DNA of 64,000 bases from the IMG/VR virus record IMGVR_UViG_3300042402_007915, positions 83,226 to 147,225 of that record, one strand, 5' to 3'. How positions within the stretch are numbered: position 1 is the first letter of the stretch; each line of letters begins with the position of its first letter. Of this stretch, positions 10,827 through 20,286 are shown one piece after another. The position numbers were made by a program, and so were the translations under genes. The stretch is from a virus. The notes under the pieces are model-generated. The model did not search any database, was not told the DNA's origin, and saw only the letters and a list, made by a program, of their open reading frames with translations.

Positions 10827-12116
10827 ATGGCTACGCTAACTAACAAACTACATACTGTCACTCAAGCGACAAGCAAGTTGGTCGCTGATAGGAGCGTAGT
10901 GAAGGACCTGGCAGGGATCGTTGAGCAACTTAACGAAGTCAACTACCCCCTGTTTGACGCACTACCGAGTACTGGTAAGGGTCATAACATTGATGCACTG
11001 GACTACGGTCTAAGTGGGAATGTCGTCTTTACTGACGTTGAAGCAAGTCTTGGTTCTGAACCTGTGTACTGGAACACTGCTCAGGGTAGACCTTGTACTG
11101 TTAAAGAGAGCCTTGAGGAAGTAAGTGCGCGGCTTGTTGGGCTGGACAATACAGTGGCGGCCCTTAATGACATTGCAGAGTACGATGACAGCGCTCTGTC
11201 TGACGGATTGGCAGAGCTTGAACTTAAAGTGGGGCAGGTTGCAGAGGATTCCTTTGGCGCTGGTTACACCTTGAATTCAGATGGCGCCACCGTACTTCCC
11301 TACTCTGTGGCTGAGGTCCTAGACGCCCTGGGCGGGCTGTGTGAGGGCTATCTGGGGACAGGGCTAACCCACAGCGGTACTTTCCCAAGCATCTCCATCG
11401 CGAGAGGCTCAGTGTCGGAACTTGATGGAAACCTAGCTGAAATCTACGGAGCTATTGGCCTAGAAGAAGGTGACGAAACTATTGATTACTCCCTAGCTGG
11501 AGGTCCTTGGTCCTTTACCGATGGAATGTCTCTCGCACATGCAATGGTTAGTGTCGACGAGAACCTGTTCCGTCAATGGGGAGAGCGTACCTTTGAAGCA
11601 GATCATCTTCACATCAATACTTCGGACACAGAAGTTAACGTAAGCTTTAACGCCTTGAGTTACCTCGGAGGAGATGAAACGTACTTCCAAACCTTGGACA
11701 TTACAGAGAACGTCGGCGCCCACTACTTTTCTCTCCAGGTAGTACCCCCAGTAGACGAAGACGGAAGAGCCCCTTCACAACTACAAGTAGAAGTATTCGC
11801 AACCTTCCTAAACCCACCCTCAGCAGGTACTGTAGCCAAGCTAGAAGTCTATGGACAAAACCAAGTCCCCTCAGGCCCACGGCTCCTAAGACACGGAGAT
11901 GCACTAAACGTAGGCCACAAGCTTCTTGAAACCCTTACCTTCACCTACTCGGCTGTGAACACCCTTCATATTGCTACCGGGAGTATGCACTCTATCGATA
12001 GCACCAACAAGGGTTTGATCACGCTGAAGTTCAAACGTCATTTTGGAACAATTGTCGGAGACGACTTCGATGGAACACTCTCCGTACTGTTAGTAAAAGT
12101 TAAATGGTTCAAGTAA
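10827..12116 (+). CDS. Putative virion protein, 429 aa
   Basis: Acidic; short coiled coil followed by a beta-rich C-terminal domain; operon position. Confidence 0.5.
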   Translation: MATLTNKLHTVTQATSKLVADRSVVKDLAGIVEQLNEVNYPLFDALPSTGKGHNIDALDYGLSGNVVFTDVEASLGSEPVYWNTAQGRPCTVKESLEEVSARLVGLDNTVAALNDIAEYDDSALSDGLAELELKVGQVAEDSFGAGYTLNSDGATVLPYSVAEVLDALGGLCEGYLGTGLTHSGTFPSISIARGSVSELDGNLAEIYGAIGLEEGDETIDYSLAGGPWSFTDGMSLAHAMVSVDENLFRQWGERTFEADHLHINTSDTEVNVSFNALSYLGGDETYFQTLDITENVGAHYFSLQVVPPVDEDGRAPSQLQVEVFATFLNPPSAGTVAKLEVYGQNQVPSGPRLLRHGDALNVGHKLLETLTFTYSAVNTLHIATGSMHSIDSTNKGLITLKFKRHFGTIVGDDFDGTLSVLLVKVKWFK

Positions 12117-12131
12117 CCGAGGAGGCGACCT

Positions 12132-12545
12132 ATGGCAGAAAAGAACGCTGAAGAGGTGCTTCAGAGCTTACAAGCAATGAGACAAGAAGACCTTCGCGCC
12201 CTTGCCGAAAAGGAACGCGACCTAGTTTCAATGATTAGGGTCATGGAAGGAAGGCAGAATGCTCGGCTTCAAAGAGTTGAAGACAACCTCGCAAGGATAA
12301 CAACCGACAGAGATTCAGACGTGGCAGATGCAAAAGAGTCCTTGAAAGAGATCAACGAAAAGATTAGTGCTATCTCGACTAAGCTCGTACAGCACAATCT
12401 GGACTTTGCAACGTTTAGCGCCAAGTTCAGTACTAAGACTGAAGGGGCCGATAATCTACTATGGAGGATTGTAGTGCCACTAATCACTGGTGTAGGAGTA
12501 GGCGCGGCCCTATTACTCGCTAAAGTAGTACTGGGGGTTTCATGA
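12132..12545 (+). CDS. Coiled-coil protein with C-terminal transmembrane helix (possible lysis/membrane protein)
   Basis: GAGGAGG SD; heptad pattern; hydrophobic C-terminus IVVPLITGVGVGAALLLAKVVLG. Confidence 0.55.
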   Translation: MAEKNAEEVLQSLQAMRQEDLRALAEKERDLVSMIRVMEGRQNARLQRVEDNLARITTDRDSDVADAKESLKEINEKISAISTKLVQHNLDFATFSAKFSTKTEGADNLLWRIVVPLITGVGVGAALLLAKVVLGVS

Positions 12546-12763
12546 CAGAACTGCAATACCAAAGAGTATTGGCTCGTCTAACTAAACTAGAAAACACAAT
12601 GAATGACTTGATCACTGCACACCAACACTTCATCACTGCTCTCCAGGTAACAGAACTACTAACTATTACCCAAGCAAAGATTGAAGAGCTCAGGATCACT
12701 ACCGAGTCTCTTGTGGATAGGGTAGAGGTCCTAGAGGAAGAGCCTTACGAAGACCGAACGTAA
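12542..12763 (+). CDS. Small coiled-coil protein
   Basis: ATGA overlap; heptad Leu pattern; last gene before the terminator. Confidence 0.6.
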   Translation: MTELQYQRVLARLTKLENTMNDLITAHQHFITALQVTELLTITQAKIEELRITTESLVDRVEVLEEEPYEDRT

Positions 12764-12780
12764 CCGCAGAAGAGAAAATA

Positions 12781-12809
12781 AAAGGGGAGGCACTAAGCCT
12801 CCCCCTTTT
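12781..12809. terminator. Bidirectional intrinsic terminator
   Basis: AAAGGGGAGGC-ACTAA-GCCTCCCCCTTTT hairpin between convergent operons, with A/T tracts on both sides. Confidence 0.85.
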
Positions 12810-13230
12810 ACTGTATATTGTATCTTGCTGAGTAATTTTCGTCCCGCTTCTCAAAGAAGAGGACAAAAAGTTCTGAACCGTCCTCTCTGATGAAGTGATA
12901 TGCATCGTGCAACAGGGCTTCGATATACTTTAAGGCCTCAATCGAACCACCAAATGCTTCCGTAACGAGGTTGGGGCCGAGAGTTAGATAAGTTCTCCAC
13001 GATGTTAAATTCGAATCGGATGTTTTGGTAATGAATGACGTACAAGAGTATGTGGTAGCAATCTCCTTACCTATACGAAAAGAGATGTCATCCAAAAAGT
13101 TGATAACAGGGTCTTTGCTTAGGGGCCAAGAGCTGGGCAGGCCTAATCGATGAGGACCTACCTGGGCAGGAGTAGTTTCAACTACGGTATCCCAAGCCGA
13201 AGATTTGGGAACCTCAAGGCTTAATCTCAC
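12808..13230 (-). CDS. KLNLE-SSxW paralogue family member
   Basis: GTG start overlapping the upstream TGA; begins VRLSLEVPKSSAW. Confidence 0.7.
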   Translation of the reverse strand: MRLSLEVPKSSAWDTVVETTPAQVGPHRLGLPSSWPLSKDPVINFLDDISFRIGKEIATTYSCTSFITKTSDSNLTSWRTYLTLGPNLVTEAFGGSIEALKYIEALLHDAYHFIREDGSELFVLFFEKRDENYSARYNIQ

Positions 13231-13658
13231 GAGTTTCTTCCTCTGTATGCGAAGTACCACTTACCATCGGGAGGTCTCCGAGAGAAATCGTAAACGTAAA
13301 TAGCGTCGCTATGTCTGCGTAGATTGCTGTATGCTCTTTCAAACCACTCAATAAGTTCCCTAAGGAAAGGGTCATTTGCATTTGGTAACGACGCAAAAGC
13401 CGTCTCTACCTCCATAACGGAGAATGCATGTGCATAGTCAATTCTGTGCGATGGAAGACTATGACACAAGACAACAGGAAGGTTTCGTTTAACGCCAGCC
13501 TCCAGTGCACAATGCAGAGATAAGGCATTTGCGAACTCTACACCATCAGAATATCGTTTCTGAAACACGTCAATTAAATCTGGAGAAGAAGCATCGCCTG
13601 CCTCTGAAGGAGGTACATCCCAAATTGAAGACCTAACTGAACCAAGGTTTAACTTCAC
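13227..13658 (-). CDS. KLNLE-SSxW paralogue family member
   Basis: MKLNLGSVRSSIW...ANALS...HSDAIYVYDF. Confidence 0.8.
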   Translation of the reverse strand: MKLNLGSVRSSIWDVPPSEAGDASSPDLIDVFQKRYSDGVEFANALSLHCALEAGVKRNLPVVLCHSLPSHRIDYAHAFSVMEVETAFASLPNANDPFLRELIEWFERAYSNLRRHSDAIYVYDFSRRPPDGKWYFAYRGRNS

Positions 13659-14086
13659 AGACCTCCTCCTCTGTATCCAAAGTAGGAATAAAAGCTAGAA
13701 GGGTAACGATTGAAGTCGTAAACGTAAATGGCGTCTTTGTGACACAATGAAGAACTATATGCTCTTTGAAGTGACTCGACTAAACAGCCTAAGAGCACAT
13801 GTTCTTTATCAGGCAACCTTGAGTAAGCCGTTTGAACGGTTTGTCGTTCCAATGTAATCCCTCGATAGTGGCTGTATTCATTACAATCGCTAAGCAAAGA
13901 AATGGGAAGGCCTCGCTTGTAAGCGGCTTCGGTTGCAAGATGCATAGATAATGCGTTCAAGAAGTCTATGGGAGAATCGTATTGTCTTTCAAATACGTCG
14001 GTCAAATCCAAAGGAGGGACAGCTTTACCTTCAGGTGGAACTGTATCCCAAATTGAAGATCTACTTAGCTCAAGGTTTAATATCAC
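13655..14086 (-). CDS. KLNLE-SSxW paralogue family member
   Basis: MILNLELSRSSIW...LNALS...HKDAIYVYDF. Confidence 0.8.
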   Translation of the reverse strand: MILNLELSRSSIWDTVPPEGKAVPPLDLTDVFERQYDSPIDFLNALSMHLATEAAYKRGLPISLLSDCNEYSHYRGITLERQTVQTAYSRLPDKEHVLLGCLVESLQRAYSSSLCHKDAIYVYDFNRYPSSFYSYFGYRGGGL

Positions 14087-14508
14087 CTGCCACCTCGATA
14101 CCCAACATAATGTCCACCCGGGCTGTGAAAACGAGCGAAATCGTAAGCGTAAATAGCCTGTCGATGTCTTGAGGACTCATAAGCGAGCCTAAGCCTCTGA
14201 AGGATAAACTGAACTTCAGGGCTGTCCTTATCTGGTAATGACCTGAAAGCCTCATCAACTCTTTCTTTATTTAACGTAAAGCCCCAAACAGTATCTCTAG
14301 TGGGAAAATAACAACATAAAAGACAAGGGATCTCCCGCTTAGAAGCGTATTCCTGTGCAAGTTCTAGAGACAATATATTCAGGAACCCTAAGGGGGTAGG
14401 ATAGTTTCTACCAAACAGATCGGTATGGTCCAAGGAAGGAGCGTCTATTGTTTCGGAAAGAAATCCTTCCCAAACAGATGATCTGGTTCCCTCAAGGTTC
14501 AGCCTCAT
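14083..14508 (-). CDS. KLNLE-SSxW paralogue family member
   Basis: MRLNLEGTRSSVW...LNILS...HRQAIYAYDF. Confidence 0.8.
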   Translation of the reverse strand: MRLNLEGTRSSVWEGFLSETIDAPSLDHTDLFGRNYPTPLGFLNILSLELAQEYASKREIPCLLCCYFPTRDTVWGFTLNKERVDEAFRSLPDKDSPEVQFILQRLRLAYESSRHRQAIYAYDFARFHSPGGHYVGYRGGR

Positions 14509-14930
14509 AAGTATCCACCTCTATACCCTGTATAGATAACAGGGCACGATGGACGGAGAGAAAATTCAACAACATTAATCGAACGGCAAAGCGGAGGTGT
14601 GACAGACAAAGGCACGTTACAAGTATGCCTAAAAGAGGAAATCAAACGCTCAATTTGAAGATCGTTTTTGTTTGGTAAGGACGAAAATACACTGTTTACG
14701 TAATCTTCCAGAAACGCGTAGGCCAAAATAGTTTTCTCCCCGAAGTCAGAAAGAAAAGCAAGCGGAAGGTTTTGTTCAGTTGCAATCTCTTGTGCAACAG
14801 ACAAGGACAATGCATTCAGAAACTCTAAAGCAGAAGTGTATTCCCTTTCAAAGATATCGGTGCAGTTCTTCTCTCTAGGTGAGATTGCATCCCAGAGAGA
14901 ATGTTTGGGAACGTTCACGTCAAGACGCAA
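14505..14930 (-). CDS. KLNLE-SSxW paralogue family member
   Basis: MRLDVNVPKHSLW...LNALS. Confidence 0.75.
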   Translation of the reverse strand: MRLDVNVPKHSLWDAISPREKNCTDIFEREYTSALEFLNALSLSVAQEIATEQNLPLAFLSDFGEKTILAYAFLEDYVNSVFSSLPNKNDLQIERLISSFRHTCNVPLSVTPPLCRSINVVEFSLRPSCPVIYTGYRGGYL

Positions 14931-15708
14931 AGGAAGACCTCCTGAGTTCAGCAGCTAGGGTTTTATTGGCAAGCTCTTGCTCTTGTGAAATAGATATCAC
15001 TTCAGCAAGGTACTTAAGCTCTGCAGCTTTAGCGTCCTCAAAAGCATCATGGTCGGGTTGTATTTGATCCATGAAATCCATAAGCCAATGATAGTTGACT
15101 AACTGATCAGAACAGTATTGAACAAAGTTCGTCTCATCACAGTTGCGAGCCACCATACTTTTGTCCAGGAAAGGAAACTCTCGCCGAGAAAAGTCTTCCC
15201 AGTAGTGATTGAAGTGAGCAGCATCAGCGAGTGCTGAAAATAGAACTCCAATTTTGTCCGGAGAAGGTCTTGGCATGTGGTAGTATTTGTCTTTGTAAAC
15301 AAAAGTGTACGTCGGAAAAGCTAATCTAACGCCATTGTTGGGAAGCATCTTTTTGATCGTAGAGACGAAAGGTAAATTCAAAAAGAAAATCGGTGACAGG
15401 AAGACAATCCCACAAAGAGTCAAAACGAATGCATTCTGGAGCAATACGCTTACGAGAAAAAGAAAGAGCAGACTTGCTAGCCACAAGTCCAGACTTACGT
15501 AGAAGTAAAAAGCAAGCTGCTGAGAGCTAACGGGCAAATTGTTAGTTTTAGCGAAAGTATTGCTCCGAACCAAAACGCGCACTTCTTTCTCAAAATGTGC
15601 CTTGGCTGGATGATTGTGGAGATTCTCATAAAGGGAGACAAGGTCTGCCTTAATCTTTAATTTCTGCTCAGTGGCCGATGAAGAGGTATTACCCTGGACG
15701 GTAGGCAT
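14920..15708 (-). CDS. Membrane protein with two TM helices, interrupting the array
   Basis: ATG at 15708 with AGGGGAG SD; long hydrophobic hairpin. Confidence 0.65.
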   Translation of the reverse strand: MPTVQGNTSSSATEQKLKIKADLVSLYENLHNHPAKAHFEKEVRVLVRSNTFAKTNNLPVSSQQLAFYFYVSLDLWLASLLFLFLVSVLLQNAFVLTLCGIVFLSPIFFLNLPFVSTIKKMLPNNGVRLAFPTYTFVYKDKYYHMPRPSPDKIGVLFSALADAAHFNHYWEDFSRREFPFLDKSMVARNCDETNFVQYCSDQLVNYHWLMDFMDQIQPDHDAFEDAKAAELKYLAEVISISQEQELANKTLAAELRRSSFAS

Positions 15709-16144
15709 TACTGAACAGTCTCCCCTGAATTTTAGAATCTCTGATATCTTTAGAATCAAAAGTAATTATGGGGCAATCACTCACAGCCACCCAATCCGCT
15801 ACAAAGAAGAAGTTATCTTCGTAGAGTCGAAAGATCCGACTAACAAAACGAGAGTGTGAAGTATGGTCTCCAAGGTAAGCTGCAATGATTTCGGGCATCC
15901 AAAAGTCATAGTCCAAACACTCAGGTACAGCAGGAGCTAAGTCCCATCTACGGGAATAATTGTTCCAGCCCTTACGGCGCAAGCCCTCTAGCTGCTGGCA
16001 ACTTGAAATTCCATTAGCCCAAACAAGAGCACTCTCAATCCGAAGAGAAATTTCTTTCTGCTTATCCTGCGGAACATTAGGGACAGCGTAAATCGGGCCC
16101 CAAATATTCTCTCTCAAGGTCTCCAAATTAAGTTTCAGGGACAT
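15689..16144 (-). CDS. KLNLE-SSxW paralogue family member (divergent)
   Basis: MSLKLNLETLRENIW...ANGIS. Confidence 0.7.
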   Translation of the reverse strand: MSLKLNLETLRENIWGPIYAVPNVPQDKQKEISLRIESALVWANGISSCQQLEGLRRKGWNNYSRRWDLAPAVPECLDYDFWMPEIIAAYLGDHTSHSRFVSRIFRLYEDNFFFVADWVAVSDCPIITFDSKDIRDSKIQGRLFSNAYRPG

Positions 16145-16569
16145 TACTGTAAGTCATCAAGAGTGTGACGTAGGACGAATACAAGATTCTCATCTTCGTT
16201 GTAGATAAAGGTATAAAGTCTGACCTTGTTGGCATGGAGGAGAAGGTTGTAATTTCTCCGTAAGAATTCGGTAAACCGCATCCTTTCTTCAAGGATCTTG
16301 CCGTCTTCGGTCTCTTGAAGAACTGCTTCTAAAATTTCCGACTCTTGAAAGGTATACACCTCTTGTACGGGAGAAGGTCTATCGTCAAGTAAAACAGATC
16401 GGCCCGCTTTGGTTAGTTTTTCTTGCTTTTCCAAAGCTAACTGTAAAGAAAGTTTGTTAAGTAAGACAATCGCTCTATCAATGGCAGATGCGTAGGTAAC
16501 CTCTCCAGTCAAAGACGTCTCGGTCAGCTCCCAGATAGAGCTTCTTGGGGCTTCAAAACTTAACTTCAA
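16144..16569 (-). CDS. KLNLE-SSxW paralogue family member
   Basis: MKLSFEAPRSSIW...LNKLS...HANKVRLYTF. Confidence 0.75.
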   Translation of the reverse strand: MKLSFEAPRSSIWELTETSLTGEVTYASAIDRAIVLLNKLSLQLALEKQEKLTKAGRSVLLDDRPSPVQEVYTFQESEILEAVLQETEDGKILEERMRFTEFLRRNYNLLLHANKVRLYTFIYNEDENLVFVLRHTLDDLQ

Positions 16570-16969
16570 AGTCGGCGCGCCTCCTCAAAAACAGAAAGAA
16601 CTTATCGTACCTAATTACTTTGAAACAATAGACCTTGTAACTATGTATTGAGCTTAGATAGTACTCTCGGATTCTTTCAGGAACCCAAGAGTTAGCAAAG
16701 TTGTCCGAAGCAAGATTTGCGTCAAACACATCTTCTACGTTATCTGCTAGAAGGAAAGCGGTAACTATTGTATCTGCGTTCTTGTCATCTTCAGGGGGAG
16801 ACCCAATGTCTGGATTCATTATTTGTCTGCCTCTAGCTTCGGCTTCGTAAACGCAGATTTTGTTTAGCTCTTCAAGAACAGGGTCTGCAAACTCAGGGGG
16901 CAAACGCTGCTGAGACATTTCCAACGCGTCCCAAACCCCTCCCTTTGCTGACTCAAGATTAAGTTTCAC
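16553..16969 (-). CDS. KLNLE-SSxW paralogue family member
   Basis: MKLNLESAKGGVW...LNKIC...SIHSYKVYCF. Confidence 0.75.
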   Translation of the reverse strand: MKLNLESAKGGVWDALEMSQQRLPPEFADPVLEELNKICVYEAEARGRQIMNPDIGSPPEDDKNADTIVTAFLLADNVEDVFDANLASDNFANSWVPERIREYYLSSIHSYKVYCFKVIRYDKFFLFLRRRADFEVKF

Positions 16970-17334
16970 TAGCGAGGCTTACCGAGTGAGTAATAGATCT
17001 TGCCGTCTCGCTCAAAGAAGTGCCAACGGGTAGAATAAGTGTAGAGGTTGGATATTCTATCTCTAATCTGAGCATCCTTCTCTTTCGAGTCCTTGCCTCC
17101 AAAAAAAGCATCCCAAGCAAACTCCAAATCACAAAAGGCAGCTCCTAAAAGCTCGGGATCTCTGACCGAAGGCGAAGTCTTTGTTGTCCTATGTAGGAAA
17201 TAGAACTCTGAGAGATTGTTAAACCAAGTAAGAAGACGCGACAAGTTTTCAGGGCTTTTTTCATATTTGGAATCAAAAGCTTCAGGAGCAGTACCCCAAA
17301 CACTACTTCTCTCAAGGTCAAGATTGAGTTTCAT
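16969..17334 (-). CDS. KLNLE-SSxW paralogue family member
   Basis: MKLNLDLERSSVW...FNNLS. Confidence 0.75.
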   Translation of the reverse strand: MKLNLDLERSSVWGTAPEAFDSKYEKSPENLSRLLTWFNNLSEFYFLHRTTKTSPSVRDPELLGAAFCDLEFAWDAFFGGKDSKEKDAQIRDRISNLYTYSTRWHFFERDGKIYYSLGKPR

Positions 17335-17696
17335 CGATCATGCCTGTAGGCAGTAAATCCTGAACTCGTCCGCCTTGCCGTATAAAGTTTGACTTGATGT
17401 CTATGCACAGAATGGCAATAAAGCTCTTGAATCTTATGAAATAGGCGTAAATCATCTTTCCCGTCAAAGGCGGCAAGAACCTCTGCTGTGGTAAAGCTGT
17501 CTCTCATCAAACTAGGATAGGGCCGCGCATCAATTGCGACGTTCAACTCGGCGGCTCTTTTTTGAGCAAGCGTATAAAGTAGGCCGTTAAGATAGACAAG
17601 GAGTTCAACACTCTTTTGTTGTTCTTGCTCTTGTGGAGTGAGCTCAGGCAAAGTATGCCAAATAGAAGATGGTTCCCCAGTCAAATTAAGTTTCAA
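17331..17696 (-). CDS. KLNLE-SSxW paralogue family member
   Basis: Likely TTG start at 17696: MKLNLTGEPSSIW...SVHRHQVKLY. Confidence 0.7.
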   Translation of the reverse strand: MKLNLTGEPSSIWHTLPELTPQEQEQQKSVELLVYLNGLLYTLAQKRAAELNVAIDARPYPSLMRDSFTTAEVLAAFDGKDDLRLFHKIQELYCHSVHRHQVKLYTARRTSSGFTAYRHDR

Positions 17697-18099
17697 AACT
17701 ACAAGCCCACTGCCTAAAGATACGGAATTCATTCTCAGCTTCTTCAAAGACGTAAAGGTATACCTTTTCTCTGTGAACACTCGAAAGATACAAGTTCCGA
17801 ATCGAAAGGATAAAACCATCCAAGGCTTCAAGGCGAAGATCTGCATCCGGAGAGGTTGATAAGTTGGCTTGTAAAGTTTCAAAAATAGATAGAATTGTAT
17901 CCTTATCCCAACTGTCGATTTGGATACGAGGCTCTGTTTCATAATTGATAGAAATCTGCAACTCATCCGATCTGCGAGCAGCTTCCCCTAAGGAGAGATT
18001 ATTCAAAAACTCAAGAATACTAGGAAACTCAGAGTTGGTAGAATGTGTCCTTGAAACATCCCACATAGTGGTAGGCTCTCCTTCTAGATTGAGCTTCAT
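17686..18099 (-). CDS. KLNLE-SSxW paralogue family member
   Basis: MKLNLEGEPTTMW...LNNLS...SVHREKVYLYVF. Confidence 0.8.
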   Translation of the reverse strand: MKLNLEGEPTTMWDVSRTHSTNSEFPSILEFLNNLSLGEAARRSDELQISINYETEPRIQIDSWDKDTILSIFETLQANLSTSPDADLRLEALDGFILSIRNLYLSSVHREKVYLYVFEEAENEFRIFRQWACSFET

Positions 18100-18500
18100 T
18101 TCTCTTGTCTCCCCATGTCTAAAGATGTTTGTGTTTTCTCTCGAAAAGTATAGAGCTGTACCTCGTGGAAATGGTTTGCAGATCCATATCTTAGCCTAAT
18201 CATTTCACGGAGCTGTTGATAGTGATTCCAATCTGCCAAAGTAACATCACCGACTTCAGTGGAGCCATAGGTATAAGCGCCTAAGGCCTGTGAAAGGGGC
18301 AGCTCCCTAACTGAAACAAAAGGCTCTGTCTGAAAATTGATATTCACTCCTAAACGGTTAGCTCTAAGATGGGCTTCGTCTAGAGACAATTGGTTCAAGA
18401 AAGTAATAAGCCTAGAGTGAGGAGTTTCCGGAGTCTGTGTAGTTGGTACATTCCAAAAAGAGGAGAGCTTCCCTTCAGCGGGAATAATAATGTGTACCAC
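18096..18500 (-). CDS. KLNLE-SSxW paralogue family member (altered N-terminus)
   Basis: Probable GTG start at 18500; KLSSFW...LNQLS...HFHEVQLYTF. Confidence 0.7.
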   Translation of the reverse strand: MVHIIIPAEGKLSSFWNVPTTQTPETPHSRLITFLNQLSLDEAHLRANRLGVNINFQTEPFVSVRELPLSQALGAYTYGSTEVGDVTLADWNHYQQLREMIRLRYGSANHFHEVQLYTFREKTQTSLDMGRQEK

Positions 18501-18864
18501 GCCTTCCTGCCTCGATATAATTACCGGAGACCCTAAAGACATAAGGCTTCACTCCATTGTCATGAATCGAATTGAGATACCAACTTCTTATCCTAGCGAC
18601 AATATTTGTATAGGATCGAGAAGTCTGACTTTCATCCTCATAGGCTAAAAGAACGTCGCTGCGTAAAATCCCTGCAACCCAAAATGGATCAGAAGGCAGA
18701 CACTCTAGTCCGCTACCTAACTGTGCAGCTCTTTCGGCTGCTAACCTGTAAGAAAGAAGACAAAGAAATTTCAGAAGCTGGTCTTCTTCATCTGATTCAG
18801 CAACGACCTGAGGTGAGGGTGCATCCCAAATGGTAGAACGTGGGGATTCAAGATTCAGTTTCAC
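18475..18864 (-). CDS. KLNLE-SSxW paralogue family member (first of the array)
   Basis: GTGA overlap; VKLNLESPRSTIW...SIHDNGVKPYVF. Confidence 0.75.
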   Translation of the reverse strand: MKLNLESPRSTIWDAPSPQVVAESDEEDQLLKFLCLLSYRLAAERAAQLGSGLECLPSDPFWVAGILRSDVLLAYEDESQTSRSYTNIVARIRSWYLNSIHDNGVKPYVFRVSGNYIEAGRRGTHYYSR

Positions 18865-19139
18865 TTCGGTCCTCGAGTGATGTAAATTGGTGGCCTGCCC
18901 GGGCCTCCTGGCCACCAGCTTCCAGGATAGCTTGTTTCAGGCTTAAGCTTACTTGCGGCGACGCAAACGTAAACAAGAGCTGACAATAAGAACAGGCCTA
19001 AGCCCACTTCAGCCCACGTATTATCTTTGGGCTGTATCGGTTCGTGATACAGATTGCACACATGCGCATGATAATTGTGCCCGTGAGATTGGGTTGAAAT
19101 ACGACTAGTAGTGTAGTGCAAATGATTAGGAGAGCTCAT
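18861..19139 (-). CDS. Small His-rich single-TM protein
   Basis: ATG at 19139 with AGAGGA SD; one hydrophobic helix. Confidence 0.55.
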   Translation of the reverse strand: MSSPNHLHYTTSRISTQSHGHNYHAHVCNLYHEPIQPKDNTWAEVGLGLFLLSALVYVCVAASKLKPETSYPGSWWPGGPGRPPIYITRGPK

Positions 19140-19300
19140 TTGACTTCCTCTTCTTTCTACGCGCTTTGCGGTTGAAAATAGGAGGAGGCTTGCGAACCGA
19201 GTAGCTACACAGATCTTCAAATAGTTCTGGATGGATCAGCACTGTATCAATGAAGAATGGTGTCGCAAGGGTCTCACGGCACCACTCTCCAAATTCGGCC

Positions 19301-19600
19301 CTACTCTTCGGAATCGATATCGTCAAGGAAGATTGTTTCTTCTCCATTCCAGATCCAGCTTCCAGAAACGGTGAGGCCATCATACTCCCCAATAGGCTCG
19401 CAGTACTCCTGCTCTTCAGGGTCCTCGGGCATAACGCCTTGATATACAAACGCTACCGGAAACTGACCTTCAATACAGACGAACGAAACCCAGAAGGGCT
19501 CATCACCAGATACCGTAAAACTATGGGGAGTCATATGGAGAGGTTTGGTAGTTCCATCTTCATCGTCTCCAAACTCAGTAAACACTTCGCACTTGATCAT
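19301..19600 (-). CDS. Acidic hypothetical protein
   Basis: ATG at 19600 with AAGGAG SD. Confidence 0.6.
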   Translation of the reverse strand: MIKCEVFTEFGDDEDGTTKPLHMTPHSFTVSGDEPFWVSFVCIEGQFPVAFVYQGVMPEDPEEQEYCEPIGEYDGLTVSGSWIWNGEETIFLDDIDSEE

Positions 19601-19623
19601 GTTAGCTCCTTCTCTTGGTCCTC

Positions 19624-20286
19624 TTAGGATCCGGCAAGACGTCCAGGGAAATAGATACGAATAGAGGCTTCGTCGAACCAATCGCCAAAGCTAGTAAAGA
19701 AATCATCGCTTTCTATTTTGGCAATTATTGGTACGAATAGTTTAACGGGAGTAGGTCCGTTAGATAGGCCGCCAAGACTAGGAGGAGGGGGAGACGAATA
19801 AATTGTCTTGATCTTTCGAGGATTACTCTTAGCGGAAGTAGTCTCTCGCTCTACAGTAAACAATGCAGAAGCAGAAAGAAAAACGCCTTCATTCTTCTGT
19901 ACGATTTCTACGTTTGTAATCTGTGATAAATCATTTAAGGACGAAATGCGTCTCTCATCGGTTGGGATTTCAACATAGGGATTGATAAACGGTTCTATAT
20001 CTAACCCCCAAGAAGCCACATTGCGTTCTGCATCGTAGGCTAGGTAAGGGAAATCATTGAGACAAGTTTCGGAGAAGCACTCAAAGTTGCTGACATCTTT
20101 GAGTACGTCTGCTTCAACAACCTCTAAAGCCTCGTTTAGAAACCGCGTCAAATATTCTTCGTCAACAAGCCAAAAGATATAACCTTCGTACGTCATGGTA
20201 TTTGTTTCCGGACCATCTTCCAACGGAGAGTAATAACGCTTATCACAGTAAATCTGGAAGTTAGGGGCAGAACTTCTCTTTCCCAT
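19624..20286 (-). CDS. Hypothetical protein, second paralogue family
   Basis: MGKRSS...KIKTIYS...YFPGRL. Confidence 0.65.
   Translation of the reverse strand: MGKRSSAPNFQIYCDKRYYSPLEDGPETNTMTYEGYIFWLVDEEYLTRFLNEALEVVEADVLKDVSNFECFSETCLNDFPYLAYDAERNVASWGLDIEPFINPYVEIPTDERRISSLNDLSQITNVEIVQKNEGVFLSASALFTVERETTSAKSNPRKIKTIYSSPPPPSLGGLSNGPTPVKLFVPIIAKIESDDFFTSFGDWFDEASIRIYFPGRLAGS

Noticed and set aside
13227-14530. Ubiquitin-like C-terminal YRGG endings on several array paralogues
   Set aside because: The RGG codons coincide with the AGAGG/GGAGG Shine-Dalgarno of the overlapping downstream gene, which explains them. The proteins do not look beta-grasp.
19250-19627. + strand 125-aa ORF and many similar short opposite-strand ORFs
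   Set aside because: They overlap better-supported - strand genes that have SD sites and translational coupling.
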